From: Vicugna vicugna
Lineage: Eukaryota
Direction of reading: 5' to 3'
Assembly: GCA_013265495.1 (NCBI GenBank)
Contig: MU057654.1
Span: 9,789-73,788 of the forward strand
Length of the DNA: 64,000 bases
Positions 28,066-41,345 of this stretch are shown one piece after another. The notes beneath the pieces are model-generated. The model did not search any database. It was given only the letters and a program-made list of their open reading frames with translations, and was not told the DNA's origin. The position numbers and the translations under genes were made by a program. Position 1 is the first letter of the stretch; every line of letters begins with the position of its first letter.

Positions 28066-29030
28066 ATCTAAAAATAAAAAATGTTGGTGGGTCTGCTAAA
28101 CTGCTAAAGCAGGGCCTGACAAGTTTCCTGGGAGAGAATTCAACCTAGGAAAGAGAGTCTGCAGATGAGATACTAACCTGTGAGAACAGTACAGCCTCTA
28201 TCATGCAGATGTTTTCCTCCTGGTCTAACCTGACGTATCTGAATTTGGTAATAAGGATAATTATGTATGCAAAACACACGAAAACACAAACCAACAAAAT
28301 ACACATAAATGATCATTTTACTTAAAAAATAAGTCTGAAAGGTATTAGAGTCCCAAGTAGCACCAGGGAAATACAGGTAACTAGGTAACCATAACTCTAA
28401 GGTGAAAAGAGGGCTTTATCTACACTTCTATAGAGATCAAGGGTAGGTGGGCATTGGCTTCAGATAAATTGATAGGGCTTTGGAAACTTAAGGCCTCCAG
28501 CTCATTATATAGTATCAGTAATGGATATAGGACCCAGGAGAAGGGGCACAGTGCCCAGCAGACAGGGCACTATCCAGGAGAGAGTGGCACCTATCTCTCA
28601 GCTGCTTGGACTTGTTCCTGGGGCACAAGTGAGACCTCCCTCAGTTCTCCTCTAAGTGTCTGCTTACATCCACATACCTGCTAATGCATGGGAGTAGTAA
28701 AGGAGCCACTTCTCTCCCAAGTATCTGGGGGGGGGGGGCTGGGTCTAAACCAACTCATATACTCAGTACCTCATTTAATCCACTTGGTAGTCCCATGAGG
28801 CAAGTATTCTCACCATTTTACAGTTAACAACACTGACCCTTGCAGCAGTGTGTCTGTTATGACTGCGAAGTTGATTCCTCTAGCTATGAGTATAGCTACG
28901 AGTACCAGAGTCAACATGAGTTTTACCTATTATTGTAGGTTCTGACAAAAGGAATTTTAAGTGTCTTCATTGCTATCATAAACTCACTGAACAGTCCAAT
29001 CACTTATCACACATTGTTTTCTGGTTTTAG

Positions 29031-29134
29031 GTTTTCTGTTTATTTATTTGGTTTTAAATGGAGGTACTGGGGATTGAACCCAGGACCTCGTGCATGTTAA
29101 GCATGCACTCTACCACTGAACTATACCCTCCCCC
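29031..29134 (-). mobile_element. tRNA-derived SINE (camelid type)
   Basis: Reverse complement ggggagggtatagttcagtggtagagtgcatgcttaacatgcacgaggtcctgggttcaatcccc plus A-rich tail; 10-bp TSD ctggttttag at 29021-29030 and 29135-29144. Confidence 0.9.
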
Positions 29135-29779
29135 CTGGTTTTAGTTATTTTTTAATGACAAACATAATCCATATCATTTAGGAAAAAGTGGAGATGAGTG
29201 AGCAAAGGAAATAAAAAGAATCACACGTGGTGGGAGCCATAGGACAGTAGAGGACCCAGGAGATGCAGCAGCAGTGCCCACTGACATGGTTACAATGAGG
29301 GGAAGAGATGGGGATGAGTGCACCTGCAGAGGAATGGCATGTAAGTACCTAACCATCAAGCGATTGGCCTCATTTCTGAGAGCAGGCGAGACCTATTTTC
29401 TGGCTACCTTGCAGGAAAAACCATTGCCCAATATTTAGTGCACACATTTCCAGAGTTTTCTTTGTGCCAAATGCATGATACAGACATTTATATTTTCACA
29501 AAAATGGGCTGATACTGTATATGTGGTTCTGAAAACTGTTTTTCCTTTATTGTTATTTTACAGTGTACCATGAACATCTGTTTCATGCACGTGGCTGAAA
29601 ATCCCCTACTAAAACACAGAGAGCACTGTAGTTGGGTCAAAAGGCTGCTGGTAACAAGAGTGACACCTAAAGCAAAGTATCAGCTTAAGGTTAAAGCACA
29701 TAGCCTGGCAAATGCCTGCCAGGGAAAGCAGGGTCAGCAACATTCTCACCAGAGGAGTCAGAATTGAAGGCCAAAGGCA

Positions 29780-30371
29780 TTAAAGATATGGGATATCATG
29801 TAAGCCCCTTTGGCCCCTACCTCCGCCTCTCATTCCCCTGACACCCCGTTGCCCCCTTGGGGTGAAGGGATCCTGTACATCTCTTTGCATCCAATGAAAA
29901 CCACCCATTTTCTGTTTTTTCCTTAGCTCCTCCTGAGCCCGTGACATATCTCCACATTCTCTCATCATCTCCTCACTGCCCAGATGCCTATGTAAGTCCT
30001 CGGTCCTTGGGGGAATCATCCGTCCCCCTGTCTGTTTTTCTTTTTGCTTTCCGGGGCACATAATCTTCAGCCGGGCGCTTTTCAGCAGCCCGTGGCTCGC
30101 TCTCCAGCTTTGCCTGGGATTCAGGCTTGCCCTCACCATGTGGTTTTCCCTCGGATTCAGACTTGCCCTGCTTTTCTTGCTTCCCCTCACCATATGGTGA
30201 TCCCTCATCTTCTGGCCGTCCCTCATTCTGGAGCTTTCGCACGTGTTCTGACTTCTCCACTTCCAGCTTTTCTTCCTCATCTGACTTCCCTTCATTTTCA
30301 GGCTCTACTTCATCTTCTGGCTTTCCCTCGCTTTCCAGCTTTCCTTCATTTTCATTGCAGAGTTTTTCCAT
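29780..30371 (-). pseudogene. TCEAL6: TCEAL3/5/6-type gene with a frameshift near 30001 (127-aa truncated ORF 30371-29988; canonical C-terminus in another frame to 29780)
   Basis: [24 protein letters not shown]...[30 protein letters not shown] in one frame, EDLHRHLGSEEMMRECGDMSRAQEELRKKQKMGGFHWMQRDVQDPF...GLHDIPYL in another; AATAAA on minus strand at 29546-29551. TCEAL6 chosen from linkage to BEX5/TCEAL2. Confidence 0.8.
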
Positions 30372-30761
30372 GTTGAGATGTCGCCTCCTTTTCCTGTGCT
30401 GGGAGGATGGGGTGGGGTGGGGAGAGAAGACAAAGAGGAGACAAGAGAGACTGAGGGCCTGGGGGTGGAATGCAGCTCCGGATAGCACTTGTATCTCGCC
30501 CTTGTCAGGGATTCCCTGACCTGGCCTGGCCTTCTTAGTGTGCCTTGTGACACACTTTAGCACACCGTTCCTCCTGTACATGAGAGCCAACCACTTCCAG
30601 GGCAGGCCCTGCCACCTTCTGTACCAACCTTCAGCGTGGAAGGAAGTGTGTATATTACATGTAGTGGGGGGTGGGCAGTGGGGCCCTCAAATTCTGCCTA
30701 AGCTGTGCCCTCCAAACCTGTCCCCTCAACTTGTCCAGTGCCCCATCCCACTTTCACTGAC

Positions 30762-30828
30762 CTGCAGGGACTCTGGACAGGTTCCTCTTTTCCTAGTCTT
30801 GCAGAGTGCTGGGAACAGACACGCGGAC
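30762..30828 (-). other. Non-coding exon 2 of TCEAL6-type gene (67 nt)
   Basis: Minus-strand acceptor gtctgtctgcag| and donor ccctgcag|gtcagt. Confidence 0.8.
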
Positions 30829-30903
30829 CTGCAGACAGACAGGAGACAGAGGCAGAGGCTGAGCGCTCAGTGAACTGAGATCCCTTTCCTGAATCTGGGC
30901 CTT

Positions 30904-32275
30904 CCTCATCAGACGTCTCCTCCCCCACCTCCCTTGACCCCGCACCTCAGTCGCCATATCTTTTCTCAGGCATCAGGCATCTGACCAGGATGCTTTCTAA
31001 ACTGTTTTGGGTCTCTGTAGCCCCCTCCCCTGCAGGCAACCCGCCCCAGTCCCACCCCTTTACACAGAAGTCATTATTTTCTCATAGGCACTGAGTGTGA
31101 CAGGTGGGCTATTTTCAGAATTCGTCTGTTTCACTGTTGAACTACGGGGGCGCACCCCACCCCAGTTCAGGCTAGAAAATGGCTGTAGGGTGCAGGGGAG
31201 GGGCGTCCTAGGGGGCGGGATGGGTTGCTGGGTCCTCCCTCCCCACCTGCCCACGCCGCACCCCGTGCCCCTCCTCACCCATCTCTGGACCCTTCCCTTC
31301 TCCCCGGGCCCCGCCCCGCTGCTTCTGGATCCTCCTCTCATCCTCCTCCCGCGCCGCCCGGGCCTCCAGCAGCGCCCACTTTCACACTGACCTGCGAGGC
31401 CCGGGCCAGGCCTGCGCCTCCTCGGGCTCGCCTAAGCCCGCTCGCCCCTCGCCCGCCACCCCGGGAGCTCGGGGAGCTGGTTCCACGCGGGCGATGCGAG
31501 CGGACACGGCCGGGACCGGACCGCAGGGCTGGCGGGCGGGCGCGCGCGGGGGCTGCTGCCCACGTCTGAGCCCGGCTGGTCACGTGAGCGCCACGTCACC
31601 CGAGCTCTGCTCCCCCCCGCTCCGCCCCCTCACCCGCGTCCCCAAGGGATCGAACAGCTGCAGACAGACCTTGGGGGGCAGGGGTTGGAGAGGAGGGAGT
31701 TACTGACAGAGCAGGAGGGAGTTACTGACAGAGCAGGAGGGAGGAGGCTTCCTGATGCAGGTGCTTTACCTGGCACATCTCAGGTCCTTGCGCAGCATCC
31801 CCCTGAGATGTCCATTATCACCGGTTGTGACAGCTGATCACAGCGGGGTACCCGACTTCGCCAAGAGCGCTCAGCAACCGAGCCCCACAACCCGCTTTCA
31901 AGACCAGCTCTGCCTGACTGCAGAGCCCAAGTGGTGATACCCTCCGGGAATTGAGCTACCACCTTGAGTAGTGGTGTTCTGGGCCTCCTGTTTTAGTCCA
32001 CATGTTCTCTCTCCTTGCGTGATCTCTGTTCATTTCCCTCTAAACACAGATGATTCCCAAATCTACGTATCCAGGTTATTCCCTCCCCTGAGCCTCAGGC
32101 CCTTTTTGCCAAGTGTCTATTGGACACCACTTCCTGATCCTCGAGGGACTTCAAAATCCATATACCCCAACTGATTTCACCAACTTCCTTTTCGCTTTCT
32201 TTGTTCACTTCTCTCCACACCGGAAACTTGCATGCCAACATTTGACCTGTTCTCATCTATGGAGAATGTCTGACA
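30904..32275 (-). repeat. Right arm of apparently exact 1372-bp inverted repeat (promoter, exon 1 ending 31392, intron 1 of TCEAL6-type gene)
   Basis: Reverse complement of 15185-16556. Confidence 0.97.
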
Positions 32276-33699
32276 ACTAAAAAATAAAAACAGAAGAAAA
32301 AGGAAGCATTAGAATATATTTAAAAAGGAACTACAGATGCACAGATTCATCCTGTAACCCATGTTTCTCCCTCTTCCTTGTCTCCCCTTCCTTTCTCTGT
32401 CTTTTCTCTTCTCTCTCACATTTGTGAAACCATTAGCTGACCCAAGATTAGAAAACTATTAATATTGTAGCTTCTACAGTGTAGTCACACACACATTCAC
32501 ACACAGGGTATATGTGTGTATGAGTGTTCATATGTGTTAATACAGGACACTATTTTGATTTGTAAAATACTACATCTTGTTTACACAATTATTAATTATG
32601 TGTGACACAACCAATTCTATTTCTGATGCATATGTTTCTTAATTTAGTAAAAAATTCATCTTTCTATGGTGTTTTGTTCCACCAAAATATGTATTCTCAT
32701 GAGCACATTAACACTACATAACAAGTAATTTTATCCTCAATGTTGAGTTTGTCAACTGAATTCACAATGCCATATATAACAAGGCTGGATGTGCCCGTTT
32801 CATCATTATGAACACCCAAAAATGTATTATTATTATTATTATTCCATGAATTTGATGAAAGTACTATCAAATCACTGTTGGCATTAACTGATTTTCTGTT
32901 TTAATCATCTAATGATGCTGATTTTAAACTATCATCAATAATTGCTAAGTTCTTTTCCTAACGGAACCAACATATTAAGAGCTATCACCCCTATTTTTGA
33001 ACATGCACACAAAAACTTGGAATTCAAACTTTGAATAATTGAATTAGAAGAAAAGTAATTTGTTCTAAATTAGAAGTTCAATTCGTAGAATGAGAAGTCA
33101 ACACAAATTCTGCATCTGTCTGCATTTAACTGACATATTTTTCTTAAAATAACTACTACCTTCTGAAGTAGATGCAAATGTTTCTTCAGCAGGTTTGTAG
33201 ATTTGGGTTTTCATGAGGTCAATAATATCACCACAGTCCCCTTGGTGCATAGTAAACATCAGCAAATGTTTTGTGTGAGTTAAATGTGTATCAGATACTT
33301 TCTTAAGCAAACACAGTTTGTTACCTAATTTTTAATACAATATGCACTTTTGTTTCTTGTTGAAAGATTGAAGAATCGTTTCCAACAGTAAAATATAGAT
33401 ATATGTTTACACTGTATAATACATGTATAATACATGTATAATACACTGTACCAAGGGTGTGCATGCTCCACAGCAGGACAGTTCAGCTTTTACTTCCCTC
33501 ACATATTTCACATCCACTTGCATGCATTTTGGCTGTCCTTGGCATGATCATGGCCCAACTAGCTAATCACATACAACTAGCAGAGGTAGCAGCACCAAAT
33601 GGTTTTTTTCACCACCACTGAAGACAAAAACAAACTGGCTCTCTAGCTTCTCCTGCATGAGTTTACTTCATGTTAACAATGGGTACCTTGCATGTTGTC

Positions 33700-34151
33700 C
33701 TTGAAAGAGATGTGTTAATTATGTTGAATTAGGAAAGAGATTTTACAAATGTGATTAAGTTAAGAATTTTGAGATGAGAAGAATATCCTGGATTATACGG
33801 GTGGGCCTTAAATATGATCACAGGTGTGTTTATGAGAGGGAGACAGAGGGAAATTCTACTATAGAAGAAGGCAACGTGACAACTGAAGCAAGGTGCTAAG
33901 CTTCTGGCTTCAAAGATGGAGGCAGAAGCCATGAACCAAGGAATGCAGCTCTAGAAGCTGGAAAATGCAGGAAAATGGATTCTCCTGTAGAACTTCCAGA
34001 GGGAGCACAGCCCTGTCAATAAACTTTTTCTCAGCCCAGTAAAACTGATTTTGGGCTTTTGACTTCCACAGCTGTAAGAGAATACATGTGTATTGTTTTA
34101 AGTCTTCATATTTGTGGTTATTTGTTACTGCAGTATTAGGAAACTACTACA
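33700..34151 (+). mobile_element. MaLR MLT1C/D-like LTR
   Basis: gtgattaagttaag...ctggattat...gccatgaaccaaggaatgcag...ctagaagctggaaaa...ggaaactactaca. Confidence 0.8.
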
Positions 34152-34189
34152 AGAAAACAAAGTCTACTAAAATCATTCTGGCTTAATTT

Positions 34190-34770
34190 TGTAACAGGCA
34201 AGAACAACTCTGACTCCATATTGAACGCTATTTTAGTTCTTATCTTTGTGTTGTTAGTTGCCTTTGCTTAGTCATGCTAGCTCAGCACATAAGCGTGTTA
34301 ATCATTGAAGGAATTTTGCTTGCAGCTTGGGGTGTAAGTGATATCCTCCTTTCGAAGAAACTCTACCTTCCCAGAGGTGATAAGGAACAAGAACAAGAAA
34401 AATTAACATTTGTCTTATCTAGTTCTGCAGGAACATTGCGACCAAATCCGATTAACGTCAATGGGAGTCAACTGACCAAGAACAAAGAACTTTCCTAACC
34501 TCCTTTGGACCATGGCCAGTGCCCAGCTGCTTGTGGCTATTCCTCATCACCTGATCTCACCTCCTCCTGCTTGTCCCTTTCCTAGCATAAAACAAGCTTT
34601 AATTCTACCCCAAATTAAGATGATTTTTTAAAGAACATTAGTCCTCCGTCTTCTCACTTTGCTGGCTTTCTGAATAAAGTTGCTTTTCCTTGCCCCAACA
34701 CCTCGTCTCCTGACTTATTCACCTGTTGTGTGGCGAGTGGTATTGAGCTATGAGCTTGGACTTGGTGACA
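34190..34770 (+). mobile_element. Solo ERV1-class LTR
   Basis: TG...CA ends, 4-bp TSD ATTT (34186-34189 and 34771-34774), gactccatattg, AATAAA near 34673. Confidence 0.8.
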
Positions 34771-35489
34771 ATTTATTGCAAATATCAGTAATACTAATAC
34801 ATTGTTTAAAAATGAAGATTTTTTTGACAGACCCTTCAGATAGTTAGATACATTCAGGAGAAAAATTTTATAAACTCAGCTTCTTGCATCTTCTCATACT
34901 TAGAAAAGCACTAAAATCATTAACTAAGATATCTGCTCCTTGCAAATAGCAGTAACCTTCTACCAAGATGTGTGTTTGACTGTATGTATCCCTTCTCTAA
35001 AATCACACATATACTGGTCTCCCTATTTACCTCTTTCTAAAAGATTGTCTCCCTGGTTGTAACTCTCAGGTTTAGTCAAATAAAATTTTCCATTTCTTTC
35101 TTAGATTGCTTACTGATTAATTTTTTTGTTGACAGATATAATCCACTAACCTTATTCAGATTTTATGTGCACTTTATATGCATTTTATATGCACTCATTT
35201 CTGTATGAGTGTGTGTATTTAGTTACATGACATTTTATCATATGTGCTTTCCCAGATGGTATTCCTTAAACTCTACATCTATCTGAGAGGTGTTATCCAA
35301 AAAAAGACCAGCACAGGAAAAACTAATTTCCAAGACCCTATGGTATACCTGGTCCCCAATGTTCTATTGTAGCTTAAAATAACAAACATGTATTAAATCA
35401 CCATTTTGGGGAGTCAGAGATCTGGATGTAGCTTAGCTGGGTGTCTCTGGCCCAGACTTTCACAGGGATGTAAATAAAATATATGCTGG

Positions 35490-35585
35490 ACCCCAACGTA
35501 CATAGCAGTGCTATTTACAATAGCCAAGACATGAACATGGAAGCAACCTAAATGTCCATCCACAGATAATTGGATGAAGAAGATG

Positions 35586-35626
<41 letters not shown>

Positions 35627-35995
35627 GGAATACTACTCAGCCACAAGAAAGAATGAAACAATTCCATTTGCAGCAACATGGATAGACCTAGAGATAGTCA
35701 TACTAAGTGAAGTAAGTCAGACAGAGAAAGACAAATATCGTATGATATGACCTATATAGCATCTAAAAAATGACACAGGAGAACTTACAAAATAGAAACA
35801 GACTCAGAGACATACAGAAAGGAGAAGGGAGGGATAAATTAGGAGTTTGGGATTAGCATATACAAACTTCTTTATACAAAATAGATAAACAAGATCCTAC
35901 TATATAGCACAGGGAACTATATTCAATAGCTTGCAATAACCTATGATCAAAAATAATATGAAACATAATATGTATATATGTATAACTGAAAAAAT
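35490..35995 (+). mobile_element. L1 3' end with (CA)n, inserted into a minus-strand MLT1 LTR (~35370-35490 and ~36000-36350)
   Basis: tatttacaatagccaagacatg, ccatttgcagcaacatggatagacctagag, tatatagcacagggaactatattcaat. Confidence 0.8.
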
Positions 35996-36935
35996 AGAGT
36001 ATAGGCTGGGGCTACAGTCGTCTTAAGGGTCAGTTGGGTGAGAACAAACTTCTAAGCTCACACTTCGGTCTGTTGGCAGACCTCACTGGTTGCTGGCCAG
36101 AGACATCAGATCCTTGACATGTGGGCAACACACAACATGGTGGCTAGCTTTCCTTAGGGTGAGCATAAGAGGGTACCTCAAATGAAGCCACAGCCTCTTT
36201 GTAACTAACCTCAGAAGTGACATCCCAATACATCACAAGTATTCTATTCGCTAGAAGAAACTATCCCCAGTCCACACTGAAGGATAAATGATTACAAAAG
36301 GGCACGAATACAGAGTTGTGGGTCATTGAGTGTCTTCTTGAAGGCTGCCTACCAAATCATTTGCCCATGTGTTATATATCACAGGAATTAGCCCCATATA
36401 TGAAAATATTTACTCTAGCCTTTTCAGACAAGCTTTGCTAATTTTTTTTACCATATACAACATTTTAAATTACAATACTATTTTAATTTAAAAATAAAAC
36501 AATTCACTATAAAAATATAAGCAATATATTGGATAGTATCAATTTCTCAAGAAGATTAGAGCATTCAGAACACTAGCAGCTACAGGACACAATGCAAAAA
36601 GCTTTACAGTAATTCCAGATTTAGCTACTGAGTAAGCATTTGCACATAAGTTTCCCTGATTTACTTAACCATATTCTAACTTATGGTGGTCTGATCCGAA
36701 TTATGGATTTAATAACATGTAACTTGAATAAATGATGAAACTAAAAAAGACACAATTTGGAGTTCCATTTACATTAGTTTTAAAAACATTAATATCTTAC
36801 CCTTCAGATCATCTTTTCCAGAGGAAACACCTATTCTTCTGATTGAGCCCCTGCCTGCCATCCTAAAATTCAGTCAATTCACATGGTCTCCATACCCAGG
36901 TTTCTTGATCCCAGGGGCAGGATTTCATTTTCTCT

Positions 36936-36946
36936 ATCATCACCAC

Positions 36947-36984
<38 letters not shown>

Positions 36985-36997
36985 CCACCACCACCAC
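36936..36997. repeat. (CAT)n/(CAC)n trinucleotide microsatellite
   Basis: Directly visible. Confidence 0.95.
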
Positions 36998-38089
36998 TAG
37001 GACTGGTTTTTGAGAATTGAGCATCCATGAGGGGATGTAAAATGACCAGTCCATAAGTCCTGGCGGCCCATCATCTACATATATTAGGTCACTGAGTATA
37101 TACAATGTTTCTCAAGCCTCTCATTATGATCCACTTCTTAGACACTTTTTCCCCCAATCATTGCCCCATCCACAGAATGTGAAATGTTTAATACAGAGAT
37201 GTAGTGTTTATCAGTTTATGTACCTTCATCTTTCTGAGGGCAACAAAACGTAGTACTATCTAAGATCTCTTCATCCCTAAGAATCAATTTTCAGTTCCTT
37301 GGCAGTGATGTTGCTTCTGTTAAGAATCCATGGTATATTGGCATATTGTGATAAGGGCAAAATCTGAACCCTCATTTTTGCCCCTAACTTCACGTGTGAT
37401 GCTGGAATACTTGCTTAGCTTCTGTTAGGCTGCCCTTGGTCATCTGTAAAGGCGACCCATGATGTATTTCTTACAGAACTGTTGTGAGGTGCAAATGAGA
37501 AATAGTGTACAGGGTGTATAGCATGTAGTAGGACTTCAACAAATGTTAATCAAGGCACATCTTTCTCCTGTCTTCCAGAGAAATAACGGCTTTGACCTAA
37601 ACCATATAGCATAACTGCCATAAAGACCACCAAAATGTAGCATCAAGAAGCAAAATGTGTAGAATGAAGTTTGGGGACCATTTCTATTTTGTAGGATGAC
37701 TTTTATGCAGTATTTGTGGTAAGGGAAGATCATCAAACCATCTTTTGGTGCTCCTACATCATTCAGTCACATAATCATAGACCACGTCTTAATTTTCTGC
37801 CACAGATAACTAACTGCTTAGCATGGCCTGTGATTTGATATGTTCACGCTCTGAGGGCTAGCTTATCTGCAAGAATCCTAGGATACCTCCCTGAGTCTCT
37901 GGGTACTGATACTACTTCCCTACAGTCTCTTTAAAGCAAACAAAATTCCTGACAGCAAAGACACACTTTGTTTCACCAAACTAGGCAGAGTTCCGCCAGT
38001 TGCCAGGTCCCAGTCTAGATCTTCTAATTAGGATGCTTTCTCACGTAGTAGCTTGAAGACCGAAGATGTTTTGCTTTCAAGCGAAAAGC

Positions 38090-38420
38090 CAGAGGGTGGA
38101 GGGGTGTGCAGTAGTATTTCCGGTGGAGGGGGGGACTAGTCTGCGCATCGCGGTTGCCATAGAAACCTGACGTCAATGTGGCGACCGTGACGACTTTTCT
38201 ACCGAGACAGACGTGGTCTGACGAGAAGAGCAGGTCCCGCCCTCAGGTGTTTGGGACTCAACTGAGGGTGTAGGTTCCCGCCGTGGGGGCTGAACAGCCC
38301 TGAGGTGTGGGGAGACAAAGGGATCCAAGTCGTGTCTTTCCTGCTTTGGGAATCGGTGCCCCGGCTGTCTGGTGAGGCAGAGAGATGGGCCCTAGGGGCC
38401 CCTCCCGGCCCCAGTGAGTG
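38090..38420 (+). promoter_or_regulatory. CpG-rich promoter with RFX X-box and CRE, gene unassigned
   Basis: TTCCGG 38118-38123, GTTGCCATAGAAAC 38153-38166, TGACGTCA 38168-38175, local CpG enrichment, candidate donor CCA|GTGAGT at 38413/38414. Confidence 0.7.
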
Positions 38421-39489
38421 TGGTGTCTTGCTCCAGGGTGTCCTGGAGCTACTTTCCTTTTAAAAACAGGTGCGAGGGAGAATAAGGCAAAGTCTTGGGT
38501 AGTGACAGAGAGGGAGAGATCATGTGCGTATGTGTGTGTGCATGTCTGTTCTATTCAGTTCCTAGCACAGGTTAGGAACCAAATTGTTTCTATTTCGCAG
38601 CTTTTCTTGGCCAGTTTGGTTACCACGGTGGCTCAGTGACTGCTGTGGGATTTCGTGCAGATCATCCATTTTTGACTCCTGGCTGAGTTATTTGTTACTA
38701 TGGTAGATGTCAAATGTTGCTTTTCTAATTCCCTCATTCCTTCCAGATTTATTAGTTGGATTTGACTTCAGGGTAGAGCTTTCCCCTCTTTCTTATTTAT
38801 GTATTTATTCATGTATATTTGTATCAGTATGACTCACAGATTCCTACTTTGCTCAAAGTGTTACCTTTGCTACATCTGTTACTATCATTATATATTTTGA
38901 TGCTCAAATTGTCACAGAATTGGCCAATGTTAGCCCCTTCAATTTGGCTTCTATGTCCATTGACACCTCCCTAGAATTTTTTTTTATCATGTACTTTGCT
39001 CTCAGAGCCTGACAATCTCCCCATCTGTAGAAAGGAAGTAAATACACCCACCTCAGAGAATTGCTTTGAGGACTTGAAAAGAAAAAGTCCAAAAATTATA
39101 ACCTACAATGCCTACAATGTATGGCAACTAGTAGATCCTCATCAAATTGTATTTCTACATTCCAGCTTTATCTCCTTAATTCTGTCAGTGTGATGCCTCT
39201 GATATTAACATAATAACATGACTTCCAGGGAGAACACTTGGACACGTGATGCAAGCAGGGATAAGCCCACATTTCCATGATGTGACAGCTTCAGTGTCAC
39301 TGCAGTGTGTGGAAGGGGCGGTGTGATGGAGCTGGGAAAGGGGCAAAGCATCACTGCACAGCTTCCAGTGAACTGAGTGGGGACGGGCAGAACATCCTCA
39401 CCCCTTCCCCTCTGTCTCATGTGCTTTCCCATCCTCTCACTTTTCTCTTTATCCCACGTGCTGTCTGATCACCTGTCTCTCCCTTTTAG

Positions 39490-39629
39490 TGGAACATCTG
39501 AGAAGGGTGTAGACTCTGAGCCCCAGAAACAGGAGCTGATAGAGAAGAACCAAGTGTGATGCTGAGTCTGCTAGACAGGTTCCTGGAGCAGGAGTGAAGA
39601 GCTCAGGCCCCATCATTGGGACACTTCAG
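39490..39629 (+). other. Candidate spliced exon (140 nt), no open frame
   Basis: Long polypyrimidine tract ending cccttttag| and consensus donor CAG|GTAAGT. Confidence 0.55.
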
Positions 39630-40149
39630 GTAAGTCACTACCCTTTCCTCACCACCCAGGAGTATTGTGGAGTTTAAGTGCAGTGTCATGTGGGAAAGCA
39701 GTCCACCGACCAGTGGACCAAAGGACCAGTGCACTTTGAAGCAATTACATTAACAAACACATCCCAGATATCATAGAAGTCTGCATGGCAGGCATGAAAC
39801 TAATGCTAAGCAAATGTCAGCTGTTTAGGTCAGGAATTTTCCGACTATGGTCCATGGACTGCCTTATCAAAATCATCAGGTGATGCTTGTTAAGACTATA
39901 GATACCTAGGCTGACCCTAGGTTTTGCTGAATCAAAACCAGGGAGGTGGGATGGAAGGTGTCTACTTTTGAATAATTTCTTCAGTTCATTATAGTACTCA
40001 TCCAAGTTTGAAAAATACTGCTATGGATTTGCAACAATATATTCTTAAAATTTGGAATCCTTTGATGTCTAATTTTGTTGTCATTTGTTTCTGACAGCTT
40101 TAAATATGTGTCTGCTCCTGTGTGTCAAATAGGTTAACAATTCCTTGAT

Positions 40150-40960
40150 TTAAGTAATATATATTCAGTGACATATATGTGAGGAGGCATTGAATGAGAC
40201 ACTGGGGACACAGCACAGAGAACAAGAAAGGCAGGGTCCCTGGAACTTTCATTCTAGTTTGGGAAGACTGGCAGTAAGGAGATAAATCAATAAACGGGGC
40301 AATTTCATATGGGGATTTGCACTTTGATGAAAATAAATACGTAAAAAGAAAAGAAAATGATGGGGACAGGGATTATTATAGATGAGGCTGTCAGTGAGGC
40401 TCTTTCTCAGGAAGCAACATTAGAGCTGAATCCTGAATGACAAGAGGACACCTGGCCTGGGCAGGCCTTTGGGTCATTCGCCCTGTGATTTGTGTGGCTC
40501 TGGTGGTTGCAGGAGCGGACGACCACTAGCTCGTGTGGGTGGGGCCTGGCAGACGAGGTGAAGGTGGTGGGAGATGAGGGCAGACAGGAGCCACATGGTC
40601 CGGGCCGTGTCAGGAGTTTGGAGTTCATTCTTAGGGCAGAGGGTTAGCGTGTGGGGGTGACAGGCTCTGATTCACGTGCTCACAAGTTGACTCTGGCCGC
40701 TGTGTGGGGAGTGGACTGGACAGGGATGGGATAGCTGTGGGGATAACCCTTAGGAGAAGCTTGCAGAGTCCAGAGGAGGGACGAGAGTGGATTGGCCCTG
40801 AGCTGCAGCAGTGTGCAGAGGGCGGGGTGGCCTGGACAGCGGGTGTAGGAGGTAGGACAGGTGGGACCTGCAGTGGCTGTAGGGGGTGGGTGTGTGAGGA
40901 TCAGACAGGATCCAGGATGACCCCTTGGCTTTATGTTTGGTCACGTGTAGAAATGGTGGT
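40150..40960 (-). mobile_element. L2 remnant
   Basis: actggggacacagc...ccctggaactttcattctagtttggg, gagctgaatcctgaatgacaag, ctctggccgctgtgtgggga. Confidence 0.75.
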
Positions 40961-41169
40961 GTGTTTCCTGAAGTCAGTTGTTCCAAGTGCTTTTGAGAGG
41001 TTCTCAAGACAGTTAGGTCATTCAACAGTGGTTATAGTGAAAGTTAATGATTTAAAATATGTATCAGTTGATGAGTAGTATTCAGTTTTTAGAGCATAAG
41101 CTTTATTAAAGAGATATGCAAACTGAAACTATCAAAATTATAAAACTCTCAACTGATATTTCTTAAAAA

Positions 41170-41345
41170 CATCTAACATTTATTGAGTTGTTACTGTATG
41201 TCTAGCAGTGTTCTAAGAGTTTTCATGTATTAATCAATTCTCAAAACAACAACCCATAAGGTATGTACGATTGTTTTTGCCATTTTACAGAAAAGGAAAC
41301 TGAGGCACTGAGAGATTTTTTCACTCTTTCAAGATCACAGAGAGT
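41170..41345 (-). mobile_element. MIR
   Basis: aacatttattgag...cattttacagaaaaggaaactgaggcac core. Confidence 0.8.

Noticed and set aside
29031..29134. tRNA-Ala-like gene (also 12334-12410)
   Set aside because: A-rich tail, TSDs and a mutated anticodon region indicate a tRNA-derived SINE, not a tRNA gene.
36863..37105. ORF with poly-Val/poly-Met
   Set aside because: Translation of the (CAT)n microsatellite.
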